Of a DNA stretch of 64,000 bases, positions 8,184-15,646 are shown one piece after another (the first letter of the stretch is position 1; every line of letters begins with the position of its first letter). The notes under the pieces are model-generated. The model ran no database searches. It saw only the letters and a program-made list of their open reading frames with translations, and was not told the origin of the DNA. The position numbers were made by a program, and so were the translations under genes. The stretch covers positions 1 to 64,000 of the IMG/VR virus record IMGVR_UViG_2648501258_000001, one strand, 5' to 3'. The stretch is from a virus. Lineage: Duplodnaviria; Caudoviricetes.

Positions 8184-8633
8184 TTATAAAGATTGCTTGA
8201 CAGTGGGAGCTTCTTTCTTGGCTGGCTTGTCAGCTAATACACTATCAATCTTTTCCTCAAGCAAGCTGATAGCCTTGCCGCCGATACGTTTACCCGTTTC
8301 ACTGGTAACAGCTTGGTAAGTGATGCCGCCGCCAACAATGATGGCTAGATCCTTTTGAGTGGGGATCAGGTAGCTAAGACAGCCTAAGACAATGCCGACA
8401 ATCATAAACCATTTACAGACGCCACGGACGGCCAAGGCTGTGGTGCTATTGAATGTGTCAGACCACTTTACCGCTGGCTTACCGCAATAGCTGGGGCTTT
8501 CTGTACACAAGGCGCTAATGATAGCCACAAGTGCCGTTACAACCAAACCGCCCCAGAATGCAGCCCAACCAAGGGCCAGCAATGCAGCGAATTGTTCAAT
8601 TATAACGAACATGTACAAAACCAGAAATTCCAT
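8184..8633 (-). CDS. early membrane protein
   Basis: hydrophobic segments and LIPTQKD motif; GAGG RBS. Confidence 0.7.
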   Translation of the reverse strand: MEFLVLYMFVIIEQFAALLALGWAAFWGGLVVTALVAIISALCTESPSYCGKPAVKWSDTFNSTTALAVRGVCKWFMIVGIVLGCLSYLIPTQKDLAIIVGGGITYQAVTSETGKRIGGKAISLLEEKIDSVLADKPAKKEAPTVKQSL

Positions 8634-8667
8634 GATATATCCTCTTTTATGTATTAGGGTAGGTGGA

Positions 8668-9270
8668 TTAGTCTTTCAATGCCCGGACTAGACGCCCGTC
8701 TTTGTCCCTTACAACTGGAATCTTTGCAGCCCGTAGTGCATAGCTATCACACAAATTGCTATCAGTCTGTAAACACTCAAGCAACACACGCTCATATATA
8801 GCATTATCAAATACCGTTTCTTCTGGCTCGCAAGCTGTCAGTGTAGTGGCGATAAGCCCCAAGCCGAACAACTTACCAAGCGTGCCAGCAATACGAGCTT
8901 TGTAGCCTACCAGCTTTTCACCCTTGTACATTTTCGTATGTTCCATTTTGTAACTGTCTTGACAAAGTATCGCTTTCATTGCAGCCAAGTGGCGCTGTCG
9001 CACAGCTTCGACATTAGAGCGAACCAATGCAGCCTTGACAATATCAGTGACTACAGTCTGGCCCCAGTCAGCGCCACCATAAGCGATAAACCCACCATTT
9101 GCAGCGCCTTTGTAGTCGATCCGCAAGATATTATGCCCTTTGCGATTCTGTACATAAACGCGGTTGGCGTGACCGCCACGCAAGTGGCCTTTACCCATTG
9201 CTGCATCTTTCAATGCAGCACGTACCTTAGCAATCATGGTTGGGTGTGTCAAGCTAGTGATGGTGATCAT
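8668..9270 (-). CDS. early hypothetical protein, possibly a fusion of two modules
   Basis: 200-aa ORF with internal lipoprotein-like LTAC. Confidence 0.6.
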   Translation of the reverse strand: MITITSLTHPTMIAKVRAALKDAAMGKGHLRGGHANRVYVQNRKGHNILRIDYKGAANGGFIAYGGADWGQTVVTDIVKAALVRSNVEAVRQRHLAAMKAILCQDSYKMEHTKMYKGEKLVGYKARIAGTLGKLFGLGLIATTLTACEPEETVFDNAIYERVLLECLQTDSNLCDSYALRAAKIPVVRDKDGRLVRALKD

Positions 9271-9315
9271 GATAAAGCTTCCTTTGTGTGTGCAGGCTAT
9301 CGCCTGTCTGTAGGC

Positions 9316-9344
9316 ATCTTAACAATACCGCTCAAGCTATGCAA
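9316..9344 (-). promoter_or_regulatory. sigma70 early promoter
   Basis: TTGCAT-17-TAAGAT. Confidence 0.6.
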
Positions 9345-9362
9345 GCGGTATTAGTAAAAAAT

Positions 9363-9575
9363 CTACATGTGAAATTCTGAGTTATCAAGCCATTCAATGG
9401 CTGCCCTCAATGCACTGCCATATTCACAGCTTGCCACACTGGCGCCTACATATTCCTTTCCACTATAGAAGCTAACCACAAAGCCGTTATCAGCCTCATA
9501 TATTCTAGCCTTGGCGTCGCCACCTTTATCGTCAGTGGCGAGCCTTTGGAATTCTGCTACACACTTAGTAGACAT
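9363..9575 (-). CDS. early hypothetical protein
   Basis: TAATG coupling. Confidence 0.6.
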   Translation of the reverse strand: MSTKCVAEFQRLATDDKGGDAKARIYEADNGFVVSFYSGKEYVGASVASCEYGSALRAAIEWLDNSEFHM

Positions 9576-9793
9576 TACGCCACCTTTTCAAGTTTGATAT
9601 TAGCCACTAGATAGCTATTGCCCCCGTAGGTTGGGTTTTCAGCCTTATAGGCCAAGTGAACCCCAAGCCCTGTACCCTCAAGCAAGCAATAGAGTTTATT
9701 GTCTACTTGAGTTTGAGCGCCTTTGTAGGTTTTATAACCTTTTGGATTGCCTTGTTTACGGCCTAGTGCATCGTAAATGAAATAGCGTTCCAT
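9575..9793 (-). CDS. early hypothetical protein
   Basis: YFIYD...GNPKGYKTYKGA motif. Confidence 0.7.
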   Translation of the reverse strand: MERYFIYDALGRKQGNPKGYKTYKGAQTQVDNKLYCLLEGTGLGVHLAYKAENPTYGGNSYLVANIKLEKVA

Positions 9794-9825
9794 GATTCTT
9801 TACCCTGTATCGTTTGTGTGTGGCT

Positions 9826-9853
9826 ATTCTATCAAAGTGAATAGCCATTGCAA
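9826..9853 (-). promoter_or_regulatory. sigma70 early promoter
   Basis: TTGCAA-16-TAGAAT. Confidence 0.65.
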
Positions 9854-9861
9854 GGATTATT

Positions 9862-10299
9862 TTAGTGGTTATCGAATACGTGGTAGCTTGTACCGTTTAG
9901 AGTTACTTCCTCTTCATTACCATCATAATGGTTGAAGTGGTGGCCGTAACCGTCTGCACTGGCATAAGCTTCTGCCATACTTTCGGCGTAACCTTCGCTA
10001 ACAATGGCTTGCCCCAGTGCATCATATGCATCGCCCTTCTGGGCCGCTTCGATCAGCGCCATGGGCCAGCCTGTCACTTCTGCAATGAAAGAGGCATTAA
10101 AGCAGCCAAGAACGTGTGTATCACTCGACAACTCAGACGCCAGCACAGCGTCAATTCCACTTGCCTTAATGAAACGTACATTATCAACTTCAAAATCATC
10201 ACAACCTTCTACCAGATTTTCAACCACTTCCCGCCAGTCTGGAGTCGAAAACAAATCATTGCAAAATTCAACGGTAGTTTTGATTTGGGAGAATTTCAT
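9862..10299 (-). CDS. acidic early protein, candidate antirestriction / DNA-mimic
   Basis: Asp/Glu-rich; ADGYGHHFNHYDGNEEE motif; function is inference. Confidence 0.55.
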   Translation of the reverse strand: MKFSQIKTTVEFCNDLFSTPDWREVVENLVEGCDDFEVDNVRFIKASGIDAVLASELSSDTHVLGCFNASFIAEVTGWPMALIEAAQKGDAYDALGQAIVSEGYAESMAEAYASADGYGHHFNHYDGNEEEVTLNGTSYHVFDNH

Positions 10300-10349
10300 A
10301 GTAGCATTCCTTTCGGGGTTGGGAGGCTTGTTCGCCTCTTGTGTGACCA

Positions 10350-10377
10350 ATTCTACAGGGTTGGGTTATGGTGTCAA
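10350..10377 (-). promoter_or_regulatory. sigma70 early promoter
   Basis: TTGACA-16-TAGAAT. Confidence 0.85.
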
Positions 10378-10713
10378 TACCCTATAACAACTATTTCCAG
10401 CTTTTGTTTGCCACTCACTAGGATACCAATGCACTCCCCAAACGGTTAAGAGTGCCTGCAATTGTCTGGTAGTGCGATAGTTGCGCATGCTGGGGCATGT
10501 TTCCTTATAGTATATTTCCCCACTAGGCAAGACAATCAACCCGCTATAGCCTCGCCTGTGCGCGTCTGATTTGAATGCTACAATCCTATGCCGCCCTACG
10601 TGGTCCCTGTACAACCTTATGCATGGGCCTTGTGGGAATGTAAGCGACCTAACAGGCCGCTCTAATCCGGTCATAGCACACTGATTAAGCGCGTTATAGA
10701 CTGATTTATCCAA
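10366..10713 (-). CDS. early hypothetical protein (start uncertain)
   Basis: fills the gap after the Gp88-like gene. Confidence 0.45.
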   Translation of the reverse strand: MDKSVYNALNQCAMTGLERPVRSLTFPQGPCIRLYRDHVGRHRIVAFKSDAHRRGYSGLIVLPSGEIYYKETCPSMRNYRTTRQLQALLTVWGVHWYPSEWQTKAGNSCYRVLTP

Positions 10714-10718
10714 GGCTA

Positions 10719-11414
10719 TTAACCCCGTGCAATCAATTCGACAGTCTTTGCGGCTGTACCGTGGGCGCGAAAACCAATGATATAATCCCGGTCTACCACT
10801 TGACACAAACCACAAGACATGCAATTCACTTTGTCTGTATTTTCGGCGGGACAAATTACCACCTTGTTGCCCGCTGGAGTGTAGGACACTTTTTCTGCAT
10901 CACGTGGCATAAGCACGACTACAGGGGCAATGTTCAAAGCTTTGAGCTTGTCAGCGTGTGTAATATCATTGCCGCTAAGGTTGATTGTGAAACCAAATCG
11001 CATAGCCTCACTGACACTCGTTTGATTGCTCATACGTACAGCATGATCTTTATGCAACACGTCGTAATGTGTGTATGTAAAGCCACGTTTACCCTTGTTT
11101 GCCTTCGCAAGCTCTACCAATTTCAGGCCGTCGATAACATCGTTTATGCCATTCAAATCACCGGCTTGATTGTGACGCCATAAGCTACCACGGGACAACG
11201 CTTTAACTTGGCGAATGAACTGGGGCCATTCTACAGCGTCCTTAGCTTTACCGTTGTCTACATTCCGCCATGCCATACCAGTTGGGCCGTACTTTGCATA
11301 ACAGCCTTTCAACTTGATAGGGCAAGCATCTGGGCATGTCGAACTATTGCTAGTCGATACAGGCATTGGGCCAGTTTTACGATTGCCAGATACAGCTTTT
11401 AGAACATAGTACAT
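10719..11414 (-). CDS. Gp88-like / radical-SAM-like Cys-cluster protein
   Basis: NxKTG, TCPxxCP..GCYA, RHNxAGD, C-terminal CPA..CxxCGLC..IGFxAHG. Confidence 0.65.
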   Translation of the reverse strand: MYYVLKAVSGNRKTGPMPVSTSNSSTCPDACPIKLKGCYAKYGPTGMAWRNVDNGKAKDAVEWPQFIRQVKALSRGSLWRHNQAGDLNGINDVIDGLKLVELAKANKGKRGFTYTHYDVLHKDHAVRMSNQTSVSEAMRFGFTINLSGNDITHADKLKALNIAPVVVLMPRDAEKVSYTPAGNKVVICPAENTDKVNCMSCGLCQVVDRDYIIGFRAHGTAAKTVELIARG

Positions 11415-11465
11415 AGTAGCGCTTCCTGTGGTTTGCTGTGGTGGCCCGCTGGCCTTGTGTGACGT

Positions 11466-11493
11466 ATTCTATAGCATTGGTTGGGTGTGTCAA
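11466..11493 (-). promoter_or_regulatory. sigma70 early promoter
   Basis: TTGACA-16-TAGAAT. Confidence 0.85.
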
Positions 11494-11882
11494 CTCTTAT
11501 TCTTGCAATATAACCAGAAAAGAACAATCAAGAATAGAAGCCAGCGAAACGCTTTGTCATTGCAATATTCCCTCATCCTGTAGCGTATCAGTCGCCACTT
11601 AGGAGGATCGGGAGCGAAAGGCATAGCGTCATAGTCTTTTTCCCCTTCGGCTTCTGGCTTGCTTCCTAGGGCCTTGAGCTTGACAGCGTGAATCTTTTCT
11701 CGTTGCACTCTAAGGTAGGTGCTATATTCCTCTATTTCCTCTTGTGGGATTTGACCGGCCTTGATAGCACGTTTAAATTCAGCCTCAAGCGCTTCTATTG
11801 CGTCTACCTTTTCTTCAATAGGTGCAATTCGATAACGCAAGGGCTTAACAGGCTTGACAACGTTAACCCTTAAAGCGGCCAT
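11490..11882 (-). CDS. early protein with C-terminal TM helix
   Basis: TAATG coupling; hydrophobic C-terminus. Confidence 0.6.
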   Translation of the reverse strand: MAALRVNVVKPVKPLRYRIAPIEEKVDAIEALEAEFKRAIKAGQIPQEEIEEYSTYLRVQREKIHAVKLKALGSKPEAEGEKDYDAMPFAPDPPKWRLIRYRMREYCNDKAFRWLLFLIVLFWLYCKNKS

Positions 11883-12004
11883 TATATAGCCACGTACCAC
11901 ACGCCATCTTGCTTGTAAAGCTTGCAAGGCGTACCACGGGAAACGTGCATATTAGCCACGTCACAAGCAAAACCAACGTTAGGAAAACCAAATACCTGTT
12001 TCAT
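11882..12004 (-). CDS. small early protein (40 aa)
   Basis: GAGG RBS; behind promoter. Confidence 0.55.
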   Translation of the reverse strand: MKQVFGFPNVGFACDVANMHVSRGTPCKLYKQDGVWYVAI

Positions 12005-12035
12005 TTTGTAGCCTCTAGTTCGTTTCGATATGAGG

Positions 12036-12064
12036 ATTGTATAGACGCAAAAATGCCCCGTCAA
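12036..12064 (-). promoter_or_regulatory. sigma70 promoter overlapping a terminator-like hairpin (12049-12094)
   Basis: TTGACG-17-TACAAT; ATGCCCCG..CGGGGCAT stem. Confidence 0.7.
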
Positions 12065-12092
12065 GCGTTTATTTTGCTTGCGGGGCATTCTT

Positions 12093-12386
12093 TTACAGTC
12101 GGCCAGTTAGGGCCTTGATTCGCTCGCCATGCTCACCGTCGATACATGCGGTAAAATCTGGCAATCCTTCGGGCCACTCTTTCAACCCTAGCGCCGCTTG
12201 GACGTCAACAAATAGGCTGTAATTACTACCACGAGCTAACGAACCGCTACCATTCCCGAGAAGAATATAGAGCCTTGCCATCTCCTCAAAACTAAGCCCG
12301 ATAAGATCGAAGGTTTCAGGCGTTGCCGCCGATACCACTACAGTTTCAGTAACAACCGGTTTTGCATCATGCTTGACTACTTGCAT
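12093..12386 (-). CDS. early hypothetical protein
   Basis: GGAG RBS. Confidence 0.65.
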   Translation of the reverse strand: MQVVKHDAKPVVTETVVVSAATPETFDLIGLSFEEMARLYILLGNGSGSLARGSNYSLFVDVQAALGLKEWPEGLPDFTACIDGEHGERIKALTGRL

Positions 12387-12544
12387 TATTCATCACTCCC
12401 CATTGCAGGTGCTACAGGTTGAAATTCGAAGCCACGGCGCCCGTTAGGCGATTGACGTTTGTTCACACTAGCCCGACGCTGGTCACGTTTGGCTTGTTCG
12501 TATTCACGAGCTGTAGCAAAATCCGCTGCTTTCACTTGTTTCAT

Positions 12545-13153
12545 TTATAGATCCTTTATCGAGTGGATTAATGTTTCATGGACTATAGCAGACACTAGCT
12601 TAGACCGTTTTACTTCTAAGCTATGTATTATGTCTTGTGAAGCATACTGCTCTAGCCTGTACCTGTCAAGCAATTTTGTTAATTGTTCCGACTTTTCTAT
12701 TAGCCAAGCCTTGTGAGCTAGCCATTCAGAATTATAGCGGCCTAGTGCCTTTACTTTACCGCTTAGAGTGATTTGAGGGTAAAACTTAGACCCACTCATG
12801 CAAACGCCTAGTGCTAGGCCATTAGAGGCCGTCGAATTATCGAAGGTATTGTTTAGATAGGTAGGGATAAATGCACAAGTGGCAGGGCTGTACAAACTAC
12901 CATCCCCTAGAAAATCCTTATCTAGCTGCCAACCTTCTACGCGGTTTAGCTGACTCCATTCTAAGAAACTGGAGAAAGTCAACCACGATTGACAAACTTT
13001 GACGTTTGCATATGCAGGCTGTCTTCCTGAATAGCAACGCGTGACCATATCCCGCCACAACCTGTAGTGCGGGCATGTGTACTGTTTACCTTCTAAATTC
13101 CATGTAACTTTTACGGGACTATCGTTTACTCCCGCCCCGCAAACTAAACGCAT
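12545..13153 (-). CDS. HNH-type homing endonuclease with AP2-like C-domain
   Basis: GVND..YxxWxxMxxRC..WLTFSxF..LDKD..YSPxTCxF..LGV. Confidence 0.8.
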   Translation of the reverse strand: MRLVCGAGVNDSPVKVTWNLEGKQYTCPHYRLWRDMVTRCYSGRQPAYANVKVCQSWLTFSSFLEWSQLNRVEGWQLDKDFLGDGSLYSPATCAFIPTYLNNTFDNSTASNGLALGVCMSGSKFYPQITLSGKVKALGRYNSEWLAHKAWLIEKSEQLTKLLDRYRLEQYASQDIIHSLEVKRSKLVSAIVHETLIHSIKDL

Positions 13154-13186
13154 TGTAAAATCCCTTATGTTATAGGCTTGATTGCC

Positions 13187-13273
13187 TGCAATGTAGACTG
13201 GTAGGGTTTACCTACATTCCCGACCTACTTTGTAACCAGCCGGACGCTTATTTAGAGGACAGTCTACATTACA
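13187..13273 (-). ncRNA. structured RNA element A (14-bp closing stem, multi-branch interior)
   Basis: UGUAAUGUAGACUG...CAGUCUACAUUGCA; the one mismatch is a U-G wobble only on the - strand. Confidence 0.55.
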
Positions 13274-13292
13274 AACTAACTAGAGTAAACCC

Positions 13293-13598
13293 TTAATCGT
13301 TGAAATTGTAAGTGATACCGGCCACGGTGCAAGCCTTGAGATTTTCCAGTTTGAGCGAGCGGAAAGAACGCTTAGGATCTTTCTTGTAAGCCTCAAGGTC
13401 ACACAAGACGTAGTTTTCGACTGGGGCATTGCTAACCCCCTTATCGTTCTTGTCCCCGCTTGCCAGCGCCTTTTCAATCCACTTCTTGGCTTGCATGGTG
13501 CGAAGTGTACCATCCGCTTTAACGAATGTCACGTGAAACATTTGGCCCTTGGCAGAGTCGAGAATTTCACGCTTTTTGTTGATTGATACAGTAGCCAT
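13293..13598 (-). CDS. WYL-like / SH3 beta-barrel (DUF2693-type) protein
   Basis: VTFVKADGTLRTM...DLE...FRSLKLENL. Confidence 0.7.
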   Translation of the reverse strand: MATVSINKKREILDSAKGQMFHVTFVKADGTLRTMQAKKWIEKALASGDKNDKGVSNAPVENYVLCDLEAYKKDPKRSFRSLKLENLKACTVAGITYNFND

Positions 13599-13648
13599 TT
13601 TGTAACCCTCTTTCGTTTGGTGTGCCCGTTGTGGGCGGTATGGAAGCA

Positions 13649-13677
13649 ATCTTACTGGCTTAGCTTGTCAGTGTCAA
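13649..13677 (-). promoter_or_regulatory. sigma70 early promoter
   Basis: TTGACA-17-TAAGAT. Confidence 0.75.
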
Positions 13678-13694
13678 CAAGCTAAACGATAAAT

Positions 13695-13841
13695 TTACTC
13701 ACATTCGTCCGGCAGGATGGTGATAGGAAAATCATATTCATCCTCTAGCATCTGGTAAACGTCAAGCTTTTGTGTACCCTTGACAAACCAAACTTTATCG
13801 ACGTGGCTGTGAACACCCTTGCGATAGACTTTCCAGAACAT
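13695..13841 (-). CDS. first gene of the early island (48 aa)
   Basis: MFWKVYRKG...; AAAGGT RBS; behind promoter. Confidence 0.6.
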   Translation of the reverse strand: MFWKVYRKGVHSHVDKVWFVKGTQKLDVYQMLEDEYDFPITILPDECE

Positions 13842-13891
13842 GGCTGCTTACCTTTCTACTAAAGGGAAGTTGTTTCCCTTTCTTGTTGCCC

Positions 13892-13929
13892 ATTCTACAG
13901 ACCTACAAACATACGTCAACAACTATTTT
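13892..13929 (-). promoter_or_regulatory. sigma70 early promoter with AAAATAGTTG UP element
   Basis: TTGACG-16-TAGAAT. Confidence 0.85.
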
Positions 13930-14006
13930 CATCTATTTTCTAGCAGCTACACATAAGGAAACGGGAGCGCGTGCGAATAGCATGGGAAAATATTTCTGTC
14001 AAGGGC

Positions 14007-14034
14007 TTGTTTTGCTTGTGGGCTTCTGTATAAT
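14007..14034 (+). promoter_or_regulatory. outward-facing sigma70 promoter with no downstream gene
   Basis: TTGTTT-16-TATAAT. Confidence 0.6.
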
Positions 14035-14109
14035 CATAGCTAGCAGGAACGCAAGCCTACGGGCCGGACACTGGAGTATAAGACGGGGAGGGTGGGCGTT
14101 ATTCTAAGT

Positions 14110-14143
14110 TGGCACGGCAATTGCTAGAGCAAAGATCATGCCT
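14110..14143. promoter_or_regulatory. head-to-head pair of sigma54 motifs
   Basis: + TGGCACGGCAATTGCT (perfect) and - AGGCATGATCTTTGCT. Confidence 0.75.
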
Positions 14144-14153
14144 AAATTAGTTT

Positions 14154-14191
14154 AAAATAGTTGTTGACACTGCCAACCAGAAGCGTACAAT
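14154..14191 (+). promoter_or_regulatory. outward-facing sigma70 promoter with UP element and no downstream gene
   Basis: AAAATAGTTG-TTGACA-16-TACAAT. Confidence 0.8.
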
Positions 14192-14286
14192 GACCACAGT
14201 TTCAAGCTTCCTACCGAGTTAGGAGGTGCCCACTTGTCCCAAGCGCAGCCAAGCGAGGCCAACTCCTGCCCGAGTGTTTTACATTC

Positions 14287-14302
14287 TGGCACGGGGCTTG
14301 CT
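14287..14302 (+). promoter_or_regulatory. sigma54 motif (perfect consensus)
   Basis: TGGCACGGGGCTTGCT. Confidence 0.75.
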
Positions 14303-14444
14303 AAGCTCATTCCGTGACTAAATACTCATGTTCAGTCACAAATAGATAGCATCCTATCTGATCCCAATTCTCCCTCCGATCCAATAGATAGCTCCCTACC
14401 GATGCAAATCCACATATGATGCCCATAATGTACAACCACGTGTG

Positions 14445-14580
14445 TATATTTTCAAAATTGTACAGGGCTGTAAAAAAAATCGCCCGGTTCCCAAATTTCT
14501 GTAAAAATCTGTCGTTACCTAAATTTCTATCGAGTCCCGAATTTCCACGAGACTCCTTGAGGCTGTAAAAATCTACCGAT
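14445..14580. repeat. A-tract repeat block, possible genome terminus / packaging signal
   Basis: CTGTAAAAA x3 and AATTTC x3 in non-coding DNA. Confidence 0.45.
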
Positions 14581-14583
14581 TCC

Positions 14584-15123
14584 TCAGTCTTCAACACTCC
14601 ATGTCCCCGCATGCGACTCTGCATCGAGCAGCTTGAACCTGCCTATCTCCCAACTCTTTCTTACTGCCACAGCGTCAAGCAGGCAGCGGTACATGCCCAA
14701 ACTCTTGTACTTCTTTCCTTCGGTATAATAGCTTTGGAACTTCCCTTTCGCCTCTCTCCAGCATACACCTTGCGGTAATATCCTGTTAGCTACAGCGGCA
14801 CGCCTATTGACCATCTGGACTCGATCAGATACCCACCTGCAATTCTCTTTGGAATATCCTAGCATGTCAAATCTTCTGTCCAAACTTTTACCCGCGTGAA
14901 AGTAATCTGGCAAATAAGGGTCGCCATTAAATAAGTCGGGATGTGTATCTACCATATCCCGCAGGAAATTCACGAATCCTATTTCTTTTGGCGGCATCCA
15001 CTCATCGCACACAGTAATACCTCTGCCGCCATAGTTCACCCAAGATTTGTGATGTGGTTTAGTGCAACGTGCAATCATAGCGTTCCACACTGGATACATC
15101 CGATGCCTCGATAATCTAGTCAT
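14584..15123 (-). CDS. HNH homing endonuclease with AP2-like domain
   Basis: YGGRGITVCDEW, SLDR..GYSKENCRW. Confidence 0.8.
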   Translation of the reverse strand: MTRLSRHRMYPVWNAMIARCTKPHHKSWVNYGGRGITVCDEWMPPKEIGFVNFLRDMVDTHPDLFNGDPYLPDYFHAGKSLDRRFDMLGYSKENCRWVSDRVQMVNRRAAVANRILPQGVCWREAKGKFQSYYTEGKKYKSLGMYRCLLDAVAVRKSWEIGRFKLLDAESHAGTWSVED

Positions 15124-15172
15124 TGTATTCCCCTTGGTCAAAACGAAAGTATACTTTAAATCGGAGGCAAAG

Positions 15173-15198
15173 AAAAGCCCCAGCACAAGGTTGGGGCT
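15173..15198 (-). terminator. intrinsic terminator
   Basis: AGCCCCA..TGGGGCT followed by TTTC. Confidence 0.7.
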
Positions 15199-15202
15199 AA
15201 AT

Positions 15203-15451
15203 TCATACAGCTTCTTTTCTATTGACAATCTCTTGAATGGTTGTGATACGAGTGTCAATCCATCGACGACGATAAAGATTGAAACACTTCACACGTTCTT
15301 CCTCTAACGACTTGATTTCCAACTTCAAATCTCGGATCGACTTTGCATACAAGAGCGCCAACTCTTTCTCGGTTAGCATGTCCGTTGCCTCTGTGAAGAG
15401 AACATCATTGTCCTCTTGAGTATTGTACACCTCTTGCATGCTCCTTGTCAA
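15203..15451 (-). CDS. hypothetical protein (start uncertain)
   Basis: ORF track. Confidence 0.45.
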   Translation of the reverse strand: MTRSMQEVYNTQEDNDVLFTEATDMLTEKELALLYAKSIRDLKLEIKSLEEERVKCFNLYRRRWIDTRITTIQEIVNRKEAV

Positions 15452-15460
15452 GCTACTTAA

Positions 15461-15646
15461 CTACTTGTTCTCTAAATAGTTTTTCAGTTGCTGGAGGACA
15501 GTGAATTCCTCGCTACGAATAACCCCCTCACAGCCTCGCGGCCTATAGTGGTACATCCTGCCTTCCTTGTAGATACGTCCAATCTCTGTACGCTTCCACT
15601 TGACCTTGATGTAATCGCCCGTTGGGATGGTCTGATAATTAATCAT
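15461..15646 (-). CDS. small hypothetical protein
   Basis: ATG after GGAGG. Confidence 0.6.
   Translation of the reverse strand: MINYQTIPTGDYIKVKWKRTEIGRIYKEGRMYHYRPRGCEGVIRSEEFTVLQQLKNYLENK

Noticed and set aside
13187-13273. Twister or pistol ribozyme similarity (GGUUACAA, UAAGCGU)
   Set aside because: The required pseudoknots and core order could not be built.
13525-13540. Additional parS-like sequences at 13525 and about 11930
   Set aside because: Three or four mismatches and inside coding regions; not distinguishable from chance.
5943-14092. KOPS-like GGGNAGGG at 5943 and 14085
   Set aside because: A 7-bp motif is expected several times by chance, and another copy lies in coding DNA at 31771.
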